Source of the DNA: Thermoguttaceae bacterium | Lineage (GTDB): Bacteria > Planctomycetota > Planctomycetia > Pirellulales > Thermoguttaceae | Direction of reading: 5' to 3' | NCBI GenBank assembly: GCA_045641205.1 | Contig: JAZUGM010000392.1 | Span: 2,577 to 66,576 of the forward strand | Length of the DNA: 64,000 nt | Part shown: positions 42,907 to 53,064 of the stretch, piece by piece | Position numbering within the stretch: position 1 is the stretch's first letter | Layout of the letters: the number at the start of each line of letters is the position of its first letter | Notes under the pieces: model-generated | What the model saw: the letters and a program-made list of their open reading frames with translations, nothing else | Told to the model about the DNA's origin: nothing | Database searches by the model: none | Translations under genes and position numbers: made by a program

Positions 42907-43893
42907 TCAAACGCGCCCCAATCCAACGAGACGTCGCGCTTTATCGTAGGTTTGCGCGGCGACTTGCATCGCATAGTCGCGTCCGCGATCAAGGGTCTCG
43001 TCGACCTTGCCCAACTTCTCGACTTCAAGCCTTCGTTCTTGCAAGTCGTTTAGAAACGCGACGACGACGTCTGCGACTTCCTTTTTTAAATCGCCGTATC
43101 GAGCGCCTTCAAAATGTTTTTCCGCTTCTTGTATCGTCGTATGAGCAAAACTAGCGTAAATAGTGAGAAGATTTGACACGCCCGGCTTGTTCTCTTCGTC
43201 GAAAACCACGCCTTCCCCGGAATCGGTAACGGCGCTCATAATCTTCTTGCGCGCGACTTTTTCGGTATCGGTCAGGAAAATAGACCCCTTGGGATTCTCC
43301 GCGCTCTTGCTCATTTTCTTATCGGGATATTGCAAGTCGCGAATCTTAGCTCCAAGTTTCGGAATAATCGGCTCGGGCACGACGAACGTTTCGCCGTATT
43401 TCTTATTGAAACGTTGCGCGAGATTACGCGCCAATTCGACGTGTTGCTTTTGGTCGGCTCCGCACGGAACGACGTCGGCGTTATACAAAAGAATATCGGC
43501 CGCCATCAGAATCGGATAGGTAAATAGCCCGCAACCGATCTCTTTTTTACCTTCCGTCTTCGCTTTGAACTGCGTCATACGCGACATCTCGCCCATATAC
43601 GCGTTGCAAGATAGTATCCAAGAGAGATTCGCGTGTTGAGGCACTTCCGATTGAACGTAAATATGACAATCTTCGCCGGATATTCCGCAGGCAAGATACA
43701 GGGAAACAAGATCGCGAATACGTCGTTGCAAATCTTCGGGAACCTGCGGAACGGTAATCGAGTGCATATCGGGCACAAACAGAAAGACTTCGTATTCCTT
43801 CTGAAATTCCAACACTTGCTTGATACTGCCGCAATAATTTCCGATCGTCAACTCGCCGCTCGGCTGAAGACCGGTTAAAAGTCTCTTTTTCAT
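42907..43893 (-). CDS. trpS: tryptophan--tRNA ligase
   Basis: LTGLQPSGELTIGNYCG (HIGH-equivalent), GADQKQHVELARNLAQRFN, KMSKS; 328 aa. Confidence 0.95.
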   Translation of the reverse strand: MKKRLLTGLQPSGELTIGNYCGSIKQVLEFQKEYEVFLFVPDMHSITVPQVPEDLQRRIRDLVSLYLACGISGEDCHIYVQSEVPQHANLSWILSCNAYMGEMSRMTQFKAKTEGKKEIGCGLFTYPILMAADILLYNADVVPCGADQKQHVELARNLAQRFNKKYGETFVVPEPIIPKLGAKIRDLQYPDKKMSKSAENPKGSIFLTDTEKVARKKIMSAVTDSGEGVVFDEENKPGVSNLLTIYASFAHTTIQEAEKHFEGARYGDLKKEVADVVVAFLNDLQERRLEVEKLGKVDETLDRGRDYAMQVAAQTYDKARRLVGLGRV

Positions 43894-44234
43894 CTGTGCC
43901 TCGACCTACTCGCTCGACGCGTTCGCGCGCCGTTTTTATGGATAACGCCCGCGTCTCCCGACGCAAAAAAGCCACTGTATTATACGTTTTTTTTGAGGCT
44001 CGACAAGAGCGTCGCGCGACAAGTCTAAGGACGCGCGACAAACTCAAAAAAGAAAGATTTCAACGGCGCTACCTAGACGAAGGGACGGAAATAGGTTAGA
44101 ATTATAGAAATCGGCGCGTTTGGATCAAAACCGCGCGCCCTTGTTCGACGAATAACAGCGCGATGAAAACGCGTCGTAAAGGCGAGTCGAAGCGCGCTAA
44201 AATTGAAGCGATTTGAACGAAAGACAATATAAAG

Positions 44235-45449
44235 ATGGAATTGCACGAACTGATCCAATCGTTGAAGGTCGACGAAGGCGGTAAAATCGTAATGGTCGTT
44301 TCCGACGGAATCGGCGGTCTGCCGTTGCAACCGGGCGGACCTACGGAGCTTGAAGCGGCTAATACGCCGAATCTTGACAAACTCGCCGCCAAGGGCGTGT
44401 GCGGTATGTCTCTCCCGATTCTTCCCGGTATCACGCCCGGTAGCGGACCGGGGCACCTTGGGCTCTTCGGTTACGATCCGTTGGTCTTCCAAATTGGTCG
44501 CGGCGTCTTAGAAGCGGCGGGCATAGCGTTCCCGGTCGGTCCGAACGACGTCTGTATGCGTTGCAATTTCTGCACGATCGACGAAAACGGTCTGATCACG
44601 GATCGTCGCGCGGGTCGTATTCCGACGGAAGAAAGCGTCGAAGTCGTCAAATTACTCAAGAACGTTAAGGTTCCCGGCGTCGAAGTTTTTGTCGAGCCCG
44701 TTAAAGAGCATCGTTTCGTCGTGGTCTTCCGCGGCGAAGGTCTTGGCGGGAACGTCGCCGACACCGACCCGCAAAAGACGGGCGTCAAGCCGCTTGATCC
44801 CGTTGCGACTAATCCCGACAGTGAAAAAACGGCGAAAGTCGCCAAAGAATTCTACGAACAAGCCGTTCAAATCCTCAAAGGACAGCCGAAAGCCAACTGC
44901 TTGACGATGCGCGGCTTCGCCAAAAAGCCTTCTTTGCCGAGTTATAAAGAGCTTTACGGTCTCAACGCCGCCGCGATCGCCGTTTATCCGATGTACAAGG
45001 GACTCGCCAGCCTCGTCGGTATGGAACTTGTCGGCAAGCCCTCTTCTTTGCAAGAGGAAGTCGAAGTTTTGAAGGAAAATTGGAACAAGTACGACTTCTT
45101 CTTCCTTCACTTCAAGTATACGGACAGTCGCGGCGAAGACGGCGATTTTGACGCGAAAGTCAAAATGATCGAAGAACTCGACAAAGTTATGCCTTCGATC
45201 GAAGCGTTGCTCGGAGCGAAAGACTGCCTCGTTGTCACCGGCGACCACAGCACGCCCGCCAAGATGGCTTCGCACTCGTTCCATCCGATTCCGACGCTGA
45301 TCGTCGCCAACAACGCTCGCGTCGACTCTTGCCAAAAATTTGGCGAAACAGAAGCGAACAACTTCGGCGGTCTTGGTCATTTCCAAGCGCAACATTTGAT
45401 GCCCTTGGCGATGGCGCACGCTGATCGTCTTGGCAAGTTTGGCGCGTAA
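44235..45449 (+). CDS. apgM: cofactor-independent phosphoglycerate mutase, ApgM (archaeal-type) family
   Basis: VVSDGIGGLP.., TPNLDKLAAKGVCG.., VVTGDHSTPAKMASHSFHPIP; 404 aa. Confidence 0.88.
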   Translation: MELHELIQSLKVDEGGKIVMVVSDGIGGLPLQPGGPTELEAANTPNLDKLAAKGVCGMSLPILPGITPGSGPGHLGLFGYDPLVFQIGRGVLEAAGIAFPVGPNDVCMRCNFCTIDENGLITDRRAGRIPTEESVEVVKLLKNVKVPGVEVFVEPVKEHRFVVVFRGEGLGGNVADTDPQKTGVKPLDPVATNPDSEKTAKVAKEFYEQAVQILKGQPKANCLTMRGFAKKPSLPSYKELYGLNAAAIAVYPMYKGLASLVGMELVGKPSSLQEEVEVLKENWNKYDFFFLHFKYTDSRGEDGDFDAKVKMIEELDKVMPSIEALLGAKDCLVVTGDHSTPAKMASHSFHPIPTLIVANNARVDSCQKFGETEANNFGGLGHFQAQHLMPLAMAHADRLGKFGA

Positions 45450-45603
45450 TCGCCGCATTCTCCGCGCCAACGCGGCGTCCTTAAACGCAGGGCGCCTTTC
45501 CGCGCGACGCAAATTCGCCGCGCGGTCTCGTTTTTTGTTCGCTCTTTTTTCGAATTCGCCGCGTCGTTGTTTTCTAACGCCGTCGTTCCTAGGAGTCGTT
45601 CCC

Positions 45604-46578
45604 ATGAAGCGCGTTTTTCCCTTAACGCCGTTCCTTCTTCTCCTTGTTCTTCCGTCCTACAGTTTTCTCGGTTGTTCCAAGTCGTCCGACGAATCGGATC
45701 AAACGCCGGAAACGACGCCGACGTTCGTCGACTATTCGTTGGCGCAACCTCTCGAAATTCCTACGTTAAAAACGGAAAAAGAATTTGAAGATTTTATCGC
45801 AGGCAGTGAAATTGCCGTCGTAAAATTTGGCGCGGAATGGTGCGGTCCTTGTTGCGAACTTTCCCCCGAATTACGTAAACAAGCCGGTTATTTCGAAACG
45901 GAAGACGTTAAATTTGCAGAAGTCGACGTCGACGTTCTAGGTTCTCTAGCGTCCCATATGCGGGTCGGTTCGATTCCCGACATTCGCGTCTATTACGAAG
46001 GGCGTCCTTATTCGCAGATAGTCGGAAACTATCCTTACGAATTGGCCAATCTTGTTGAAAGTTTGTGCGTCAATAAGAAAGTCGTTCAAACGACGCAAGA
46101 AGACCGTTCCTCTCAAGAAAACGCCGAAGGAGATCAAGACGTTTCGCTTCCGACGTTAAAAACGGAAGAGAGTTTTCGTAGTTTTGTGAAAGACGCTCGG
46201 TTTGCGGTCGTGAAATTCGGCGCAGATTGGAGTCCTTCCAGCAGAAAGATGGATTCGGAACTACGTAAACTAGCGAAATACTATCAAGACGCCGACGTCA
46301 AATTTGCAGAAATCAACGTCGACGAACTTCCCCAATTATCGAAAGAATTTAAAATTGACGACCTTCCGTTCGTTCAAGTTTATAAAGACGGAGAACTTCA
46401 AAACTCGATCATAGGTTACGATCCTGACGGCGCGGCGCAAGAGATTTCTAAGGCTTGTCAAAAAGAAGCCCCGTTAAGCGGCGAAATTGACGACGACAAA
46501 CCTCTTGAAGACGAGTTGTGGCCGGAAGACGTCGAATCTGACGATTCCGAAAAAAATTCCGAAAAAAACGCCGAATAA
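45604..46578 (+). CDS. lipoprotein with two tandem thioredoxin-fold domains (first WCGPC, second degenerate WSPSS)
   Basis: Start moved to ATG 45604. MKRVFPLTPFLLLLVLPSYSFLGC has a lipobox. VVKFGAEWCGPCCELSPELRK (45838-45852) versus VVKFGADWSPSSRKMDSELRK (46228-46242). Confidence 0.8.
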   Translation: MKRVFPLTPFLLLLVLPSYSFLGCSKSSDESDQTPETTPTFVDYSLAQPLEIPTLKTEKEFEDFIAGSEIAVVKFGAEWCGPCCELSPELRKQAGYFETEDVKFAEVDVDVLGSLASHMRVGSIPDIRVYYEGRPYSQIVGNYPYELANLVESLCVNKKVVQTTQEDRSSQENAEGDQDVSLPTLKTEESFRSFVKDARFAVVKFGADWSPSSRKMDSELRKLAKYYQDADVKFAEINVDELPQLSKEFKIDDLPFVQVYKDGELQNSIIGYDPDGAAQEISKACQKEAPLSGEIDDDKPLEDELWPEDVESDDSEKNSEKNAE

Positions 46579-46579
46579 T

Positions 46580-47074
46580 ATGTCTTACCTTCACAACGAC
46601 GAAGAAACGCGAGACGAGACGTCCGCCGATTACGCGCCTTCTTATGAAGAAAGACAAGGAAGGCAAGAGAAAGGCGCTTTTCGTTTTGACGTCTCTAAAC
46701 GAATCAAGCTCGAACGCGATTTTGCGCGCGTTTACAAGTTTCGAGCCCGAGCGTACAACGAGCGTTTGACGGTTTGTTGTCGTCCGACGACGCCCGACGC
46801 GCCCGCTAGACTGGGGCTTTCCGTCTCGAAAAGAGTCGGCAAGGCGCATATTCGCAATCGTTGGAAGCGACTTATTCGAGAAGCGTTTCGACTTAATTAC
46901 GCGGATCTGCCTCAAGGATTCGATTACGTGGTCGTTCCCAAAAAACAAGAGCAAGTTCCATCATACGCGCAAATAGCCGCCGATCTCGGTTCGTTGACGC
47001 GACGCGCGGTCAAAAAAGCGACGCGTTTCCTTGAAAAAGAAAAGCTCGAAAAAACGACGCAACCTGACAAATGA
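46580..47074 (+). CDS. rnpA: ribonuclease P protein component
   Basis: ATG 46580, 1 nt after the preceding stop. KLERDFARVYKF.., GLSVSKRVGKAHIRNRWKRLIREAFR and DYVVVPKK are RnpA blocks. Confidence 0.85.
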   Translation: MSYLHNDEETRDETSADYAPSYEERQGRQEKGAFRFDVSKRIKLERDFARVYKFRARAYNERLTVCCRPTTPDAPARLGLSVSKRVGKAHIRNRWKRLIREAFRLNYADLPQGFDYVVVPKKQEQVPSYAQIAADLGSLTRRAVKKATRFLEKEKLEKTTQPDK

Positions 47075-47343
47075 TCGACGCGTTCCTCGTTGTGATTCGG
47101 CGCTTAAACATATTGCTCGACGTTTTGCGTCGTCTCCCTGCTCGTTTGATTTTTGCGTCGATTAAATTTTATCAACTTGCGATCAGTCCGCTTTTCGGAC
47201 CCTGTTGTCGATTCACGCCGACTTGCAGTCAATATTGCGTCCTCGCCGTCCAAAAATACGGCGTTACGGTCGGATTGCTGAAAACGATCTGGCGCGTATT
47301 GCGTTGCAATCCCTTCTGCAAGGGCGGTTATGATCCTCCTTGA
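47071..47343 (+). CDS. yidD: membrane protein insertion efficiency factor YidD
   Basis: FYQLAISPLFGPCCRFTPTCSQYCVLAVQKYG...RCNPFCKGGYDPP; ATGA overlap with rnpA. Confidence 0.9.
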   Translation: MIDAFLVVIRRLNILLDVLRRLPARLIFASIKFYQLAISPLFGPCCRFTPTCSQYCVLAVQKYGVTVGLLKTIWRVLRCNPFCKGGYDPP

Positions 47344-47410
47344 CTCGATACGTTCCGTCTTCATACGACGTCGCCTTATCCTCGTTTCCTAAACGTTAAC
47401 GTCAACTCCA

Positions 47411-47839
47411 ATGAATATTTCCTTCCAGTGCGTCGTCTGTTCCAAAACGCTGACCGCCAACATAGCGGTCGGCGGTCGGGTTATTATTTGCCCGTACTGT
47501 CATAATAGAACGACGATTCCTAATTTTACGGAGAATACGGATCGAGAAAACGAGACTCGATCGACGTCCATAGAACAAAATATCAAAGTCGACTCTTCGG
47601 CGTCGTCGGATAACTCGCAATGGCGCGATCCTACGTTTGATCCCGACTGGGAAAAAATGTTGGGGAAGTTTCCCAATTTTAAGCCGAATCCTTTTGGAGT
47701 TTCCTTTCCGCTCGCTCAAGCGATTCAAGCGGCGCGTTCGAATCTGGAACGCGACGAAGAAACTCAAGATTCCGACAGAAATAAAGGTTCGACCTCAAGT
47801 CAATATAGCGTCGACGATTTAATCAAAGGCGTCGAGTAA
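47411..47839 (+). CDS. zinc-ribbon hypothetical protein
   Basis: Two CxxC pairs (CVVCSKT...ICPYCHN) at the N-terminus; the remainder is polar/disordered. Confidence 0.5.
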   Translation: MNISFQCVVCSKTLTANIAVGGRVIICPYCHNRTTIPNFTENTDRENETRSTSIEQNIKVDSSASSDNSQWRDPTFDPDWEKMLGKFPNFKPNPFGVSFPLAQAIQAARSNLERDEETQDSDRNKGSTSSQYSVDDLIKGVE

Positions 47840-47883
47840 CTTGCGTCGTTCGTTCGCTCGTTCTTTCAAAATACGGTGAAAAA

Positions 47884-48570
47884 ATGAAACCTAAAGCGGT
47901 CGTATTACTTTCAGGAGGTCTCGATTCTTCGACGGTTTGCGCCGTCGCGAAATCTCAGGGACGAGAAATTCACGCCTTAACGATCGATTATAATCAACGT
48001 AATCGTTGGGAAATAAACGCGGCGCGCGAAGTCGCGCGGCGCAACGACGCCGTCGAACATCTGATTTTTCCGATCGACTTGACTTTATTCGGGGGAAGTT
48101 CTCTAACGGACGACGCGATCAAAGTAGAAAAAGAGACGCCTCTTGAGCAAATCGGACGTTCGATACCGACGTCCTACGTACCCGCGCGCAACACGGTCTT
48201 TCTATCTTTGGCGCTAGCTTTTGCGGAAACGCGCGACGCCTCGGAAATTTGGATAGGAGTTAACAACGTCGATTACAGCGGCTATCCCGACTGTCGACCG
48301 GAATTTCTCGACGCGTTTGGCAAACTTTCGAATTTAGCGACCAAAGCGGGCGTCGAAGGACGTCCCTTTGAAGTCAAGGCGCCTTTGTTGACTCTTAGCA
48401 AGGGCGAAATCGTCAAACTAGGACTTTCGCTCGGCGTCGACTATTCGATCACGCGAACTTGTTACGATCTTGACGAACAAGGACGTTCCTGCGGAAAATG
48501 CGAGGCGTGTCTCTTACGAAAGAACGGTTTCAAAGAAGCGGGCGTCGCGGACCCGACGCCCTATCGATAA
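47884..48570 (+). CDS. queC: 7-cyano-7-deazaguanine synthase
   Basis: AVVLLSGGLDSST (PP-loop), YVPARNT, C-terminal Cys cluster CYDLDEQGRSCGKCEAC; 228 aa. Confidence 0.92.
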   Translation: MKPKAVVLLSGGLDSSTVCAVAKSQGREIHALTIDYNQRNRWEINAAREVARRNDAVEHLIFPIDLTLFGGSSLTDDAIKVEKETPLEQIGRSIPTSYVPARNTVFLSLALAFAETRDASEIWIGVNNVDYSGYPDCRPEFLDAFGKLSNLATKAGVEGRPFEVKAPLLTLSKGEIVKLGLSLGVDYSITRTCYDLDEQGRSCGKCEACLLRKNGFKEAGVADPTPYR

Positions 48571-48590
48571 CGCCCTATCGATAAGAACGT

Positions 48591-50351
48591 TCATCGACGG
48601 CGACCGACGCAAACGATCGTAACGTCGTCGCTCTGAGGCGTGCCGTTTGCGTGTTTGGCGACGGATTCGCGGACAAGATTAACCGTGTCTTCTGCGGATC
48701 CGTTTTCTTCGTCGTTAAGAACGTTTTTCAGTCTTTCTTCTCCAAAAAGCTCGTCTTTGGAATTCATCCCTTCCGTAACGCCGTCCGTATAGAGCAAGAT
48801 TTTTGCGCCCGGTTCAAAAGGCACGGAAACGCCGACGTATTCCGCCTCGTCCCAAGCGCCAAGCATCAGAGAGTGTTCAATTTCGAGATATTCCCAAGAT
48901 CCGTTAGGACTCTTAATCAAGGGCGGATTATGTCCGGCGTTCACGCAAGTCAACGTATGCTTGCCGACGTCGGCGACGAGAAGGAAAGAGGTTAAAAACA
49001 TACCGGCGGCGTTGTTGACGCACAACTTCTGGTTCGCCTTCGTATACGCTTCTTCAGGCGCAAGTCCGCTTTGAAGCAAATCTTTGATCAGCGTTTTCGA
49101 AGAGGCCATAAAGAGGGCGGGCGCAATTCCATGCCCGGAGACGTCGGAAATCAACGCCGCAAAACGCGATTCGTCGATAGAAAAGAAATCGTAAAAATCC
49201 CCCCCTACGGCCGTCGCCGGTTGCATCGAAGCGGCCAGCTGGAAATAATCTCCAAAAGCAAAGTCTCCGTCGGTCGGCAACATCGACGTCTGAATCAAAC
49301 GACTCATTTCTAGTTCTGAACTAATGCGTTTACTTTCTTTCTCGATCGCTAGACGCAACGCGTCGACCGTCTTATTAACGCCTTCCGAAAGCGCGGCAAA
49401 CTCGGGCGTCGACGTTACCGACGCGCGTTCGTCCAATTCGCCGGCGGTGATCTTCGCCAACGAATTATTGAGCGCGTAGACCTCTTTAACGACGACGACT
49501 TGCAACAGCCGCGAGACAAGAATGAACATTGCGGTAAAGAGAACCAAATTAGCGACGATCAACGCGCGATTAGCGGTGTTGCACGTATGATAAACCTCCG
49601 TAAAGGGCAAACTTGCCGTCAAAATATGCCCTTCGCAAGGAGTCGACACGCATAAACTAGGAATATCGTAAACGTCCGCGCGAAAAGCTCGACTTCCCTC
49701 TTTCCAACCGCAAAGATTGGGCGTGATCCGAATCTCGCCGTTATGACCGACGCAAAAAGTCTCTTCAATTTCTGAGACGTCGGCAAATTTCCACGCTTTG
49801 GCAAGGTCTTCAGCGCCGTAACCGACCAAAACGACGCCAGGCGCGTCGATACGCGCGACGCAAGCGTAAAGATACGCGTCGATCGACAATTCTTCTTTAG
49901 GAACCTTAACAATCTCCGCGTCGGGATCGGTAATCGGAGATAAAAATTCGCGCGTTTCCGGCGTTGAAGAGAGATCAAATCCAATAAGCCGATCGACGGA
50001 CGAAAGGACGACGACGCCTTTCTCGTCCGTTATCATATAATCCAGAACCGCGAGCGTCCGCGTAAAGGACGTCAACTGTTCGGCGTCTTTTAACGACGTA
50101 GGATTATCGTTGACGTACATAGCGACTTGGCGCGCGCCGGAAAGAACGTTCGCCTTGCTGATCGAGGTAATTTCTTCCAAGTTGTAGTCGTAATCTTCCG
50201 CCAAAGCGCAAGCGAAAGACAAATTATCGCGTAAAAGTCGCAAAGCGTCGTTGCGCGCATAGACGCGAGCGATCAGATAATATCCGACGTTCGCCAGCAA
50301 AAACGCCAAAACGATCACAAGGAGGAGTCGCTTTTGGAACAACGCCTTCAT
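48591..50351 (-). CDS. membrane sensor PP2C-type (SpoIIE/RsbU-like) protein phosphatase with extracytoplasmic sensor and HAMP-like linker
   Basis: Two TM helices bracket a ~230-aa sensor domain. The C-terminal part has GGDFYDFF, ISDVSGHGIAPALFM, NAGHNPP, LLYTDGVTE and DDVTIV. Confidence 0.85.
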   Translation of the reverse strand: MKALFQKRLLLVIVLAFLLANVGYYLIARVYARNDALRLLRDNLSFACALAEDYDYNLEEITSISKANVLSGARQVAMYVNDNPTSLKDAEQLTSFTRTLAVLDYMITDEKGVVVLSSVDRLIGFDLSSTPETREFLSPITDPDAEIVKVPKEELSIDAYLYACVARIDAPGVVLVGYGAEDLAKAWKFADVSEIEETFCVGHNGEIRITPNLCGWKEGSRAFRADVYDIPSLCVSTPCEGHILTASLPFTEVYHTCNTANRALIVANLVLFTAMFILVSRLLQVVVVKEVYALNNSLAKITAGELDERASVTSTPEFAALSEGVNKTVDALRLAIEKESKRISSELEMSRLIQTSMLPTDGDFAFGDYFQLAASMQPATAVGGDFYDFFSIDESRFAALISDVSGHGIAPALFMASSKTLIKDLLQSGLAPEEAYTKANQKLCVNNAAGMFLTSFLLVADVGKHTLTCVNAGHNPPLIKSPNGSWEYLEIEHSLMLGAWDEAEYVGVSVPFEPGAKILLYTDGVTEGMNSKDELFGEERLKNVLNDEENGSAEDTVNLVRESVAKHANGTPQSDDVTIVCVGRRR

Positions 50352-50412
50352 TTCAAGCGCCCTTTTCCTAAAAAATAAAACCGACGCGCGTCAATCCGAC
50401 GCTTCGTCTACA

Positions 50413-50460
50413 AAACAAAAAAACAAAGACGCGTTACAGTCCCTAAGGAAAACGCGTCTT
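50413..50460 (-). terminator. intrinsic terminator for the gene ending at 50520
   Basis: Perfect 10-bp stem aagacgcgtt / aacgcgtctt; on the minus strand it is followed by tgtttttttgttttg. Confidence 0.65.
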
Positions 50461-50519
50461 AAGTTTAGGTTAAATCTTTGCGACGTCAAGTCGCGCGCCC
50501 AACGGTCGTCAAGTCCGCG

Positions 50520-52931
50520 TTATTCGACTTGCCACGAATAGACGCGCACGCCAAAGCGTTCAAAACGATCGATCAACGCGCCTTTTTGTAGTTCGGGCTT
50601 TGGAAGTTCTTTCTCGTCGAATAATCTTTCAAACGCGTTGAAACAATACTCGCGCGGAAAATCCAAACGAACGACGCAAGGCTTAGGCGACGAATTGACG
50701 GCGATCGCGTAAATTTTGTCGTCCCTTCGCTTGAGCGCAACGACAACCGAATCGTCCCCCAAAGGATTGCGTTTTTCCCCTTCCAAAACGGCAACGCGCG
50801 GCTGTTCCTTCTCGTCGGTCGGTTCCAATAGGACGGGCGAGAAATCTCGAATCTGCCGAACGACATTAGAAAGATCGCGCCAACCTTCGGGCGAACAAAT
50901 CGCGCCGTATTCCTTCTGATTCTCTTCTTCCTCTTGCGTTCCGCAATAATAAAACCACGTTACGCCGTTTCCGCCCGACGCAAGAGCGGCAAAAGCCGAG
51001 GCGCGCAACTCTTGATAAGTCATATAACGAGAAGTTCCCCATCCCTTATACATCTGCAGAATCGGCCAAATAGCTTTCGGTCCGTCCTTGGCGTCTATCG
51101 CGTCGACGCGACAACGTTTGACGTCCTTTACGACGCGCGCGACAATAGCGTCGTCGAAATTCGGATCGCGTCCGCTAAGAGGATAGATTTCCGGCAAAAA
51201 CGCGGTTGTCCCGGTCGCGTATCGACGATAATTCGAAACGACGCGATCAGAATCGACGCAATCGGCTTGAACCGTCAGACGGGTAGGATCGACCGCTTCC
51301 ATTGAATAACGATAGTCGTCCAACTGAGATTTCGTCGTATTGCAAGCAGTGTCGTCGCCAAGATACCACGCAATAATAATCGGCAAATAACGTTCGACGT
51401 CGACGATTTGCTCGTCGGGAAAACGAATCGGCGACCAGATTTTAAACCCGTATTTTTCCGCCGCGTCGAAAAATTCTTCCGAACGCGAACCGAAATAAGA
51501 ATGAGCAAAATTAAAGCCCGCTTCTTGGAGCTGTTGGAACGCGACGTCAAAGCTATTTTGGTTATACTTGCGTTTTGTTACGCCGTAAATTCCGATCGGA
51601 AAGAAGGGCTCGCCGTCGATCAACGTCGTTCCGTCCTCGCGAAGGGTTATTTGGGGCGTCTTAGTTTCGTCGCCAATGAGAAAATATCGCGTGGACAAAA
51701 CGGAATTGCCAAGACCGTCGACGGCTTGAATCGTAACTTTGTGCAAGCCTTCTTCAAATTCTCGTTCCGAGGTCGTCGCCAACCAACGCGCGCCCGACTC
51801 CTGTTCTTGAAGTTCAAAATTGGCGGTCTCGTCTACGTCGTCGATCGTAAATCGCAGGTCGTTCGGATCAATAAAGGAACGATCGCGAATCTCGACGCAT
51901 AAAGGAGCCGCGCCGCGAGACGGCTTCGCCCGCGTCCCGACGATGCGAATAAAAGGCGGCTCGTACTCGTCCCCGACCTTCCAACCGCTCGTTTCTCGTC
52001 CGTCGATAGTCAGCGAACGAAACGAAGGCGTCCCGCAACCGTCGGAATTCATCAGAACGCGAAAACGAACGTAGCGCGCGTCAATTTCAAAAGGCTCTTC
52101 GTAAAACGTTTGCGTCGTTCCGTCGACTCCGACAAAATCGGAAAAAGAATCGAATCCGCGTTCAAGACTATCCGCCGTCGCAACTTGAATTTTCACCGAA
52201 CAGCCTTGCGGAACTTCCGCATCCCATACGACTTTACCGCCGCATAACACGCCCGTTGTGAAAGACCCCGACTTGCAATACGGCTTGTCGGCGTCGATTC
52301 CTTCCAACGTTACGGAATGAACGACGATCCGATCGCCCTGCGCAAAGTCGGGTATGTCGAATCCGACGTTCAGCGTATAAAAAGCGGCGTCCTCCGGCGT
52401 TAGACCATAAAGAACAATTTCGCCGATTTGAGGTTCGGCATAAAACCAAAAGGGCGTCGATTCGATCATTTTTTCCGATCGATCAAACCATTCGACGGCG
52501 CCGCGCCAAGGGCGCTTGTCGGTCGCGGATTCGTCCGCGCGTTTTGAACCCGACGTTACCGCGCGCAACGCGTACTCGCGTCCGACAAGCTCGGGCTCGA
52601 CGGGTCGTTTTTCCGTCCCGACGTTCCAAGCCGTAATATAGTCTTCAGGATCGTCAGGATTCAACGGGGTCGTTCTCGAAACGACAAGCGCGGAACGTCC
52701 TTCGACTTCTTTATTGAACTCAATATTAAGGACGCCTCGATAATTGACGACGGTCGGCCAAACGCTTGGATCGTCGAAACGGTCGGCAAAAACGATTTCG
52801 CCCGACTTGCCTAATTGAGCGACGCCGTCGGGAAAATCGACTTTGTCGACGTTGTAGATATCCGCGCCAAAAGCGACCGACGAAAAAGCAAGACCCCAAA
52901 AGAATAAAAACAAGCGTCGACAAAAACGCAT
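50520..52931 (-). CDS. secreted protein with glycoside-hydrolase-like TIM-barrel region (family not assigned)
   Basis: Start moved to ATG 52931 (MRFCRRLFLFFWGLAFSSVAFG signal). GEPFFPIGIYGV...LQEAGFNFAHSY...IIAWYLGDD resembles GH42/GHL-type barrels. The N-terminal half is beta-sandwich-like. Confidence 0.5.
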   Translation of the reverse strand: MRFCRRLFLFFWGLAFSSVAFGADIYNVDKVDFPDGVAQLGKSGEIVFADRFDDPSVWPTVVNYRGVLNIEFNKEVEGRSALVVSRTTPLNPDDPEDYITAWNVGTEKRPVEPELVGREYALRAVTSGSKRADESATDKRPWRGAVEWFDRSEKMIESTPFWFYAEPQIGEIVLYGLTPEDAAFYTLNVGFDIPDFAQGDRIVVHSVTLEGIDADKPYCKSGSFTTGVLCGGKVVWDAEVPQGCSVKIQVATADSLERGFDSFSDFVGVDGTTQTFYEEPFEIDARYVRFRVLMNSDGCGTPSFRSLTIDGRETSGWKVGDEYEPPFIRIVGTRAKPSRGAAPLCVEIRDRSFIDPNDLRFTIDDVDETANFELQEQESGARWLATTSEREFEEGLHKVTIQAVDGLGNSVLSTRYFLIGDETKTPQITLREDGTTLIDGEPFFPIGIYGVTKRKYNQNSFDVAFQQLQEAGFNFAHSYFGSRSEEFFDAAEKYGFKIWSPIRFPDEQIVDVERYLPIIIAWYLGDDTACNTTKSQLDDYRYSMEAVDPTRLTVQADCVDSDRVVSNYRRYATGTTAFLPEIYPLSGRDPNFDDAIVARVVKDVKRCRVDAIDAKDGPKAIWPILQMYKGWGTSRYMTYQELRASAFAALASGGNGVTWFYYCGTQEEEENQKEYGAICSPEGWRDLSNVVRQIRDFSPVLLEPTDEKEQPRVAVLEGEKRNPLGDDSVVVALKRRDDKIYAIAVNSSPKPCVVRLDFPREYCFNAFERLFDEKELPKPELQKGALIDRFERFGVRVYSWQVE

Positions 52932-53064
52932 AGTCGCAACCTTTCTTGTCTTATAATTGTTCGTTACGCGACGATTAAAAAAACGCCAACGATCAATAAG
53001 AACCGTTGGCGTCAATTCGCCGAAGAAAACCCGACTCTAGCTCAAACGACTCAAACGTAGCGCG

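Noticed and set aside
47840-47883. preQ1 riboswitch upstream of queC
   Set aside because: The spacer is only about 44 nt and lacks the conserved preQ1-I hairpin and A-rich tail pattern.
48557-48584. 14-bp tandem duplication cgccctatcgataa x2 spanning the queC stop codon
   Set aside because: It is real in the sequence but small and lies in a 20-bp convergent gap. It is most likely a neutral slippage or duplication event, and no structure or coding consequence is evident.
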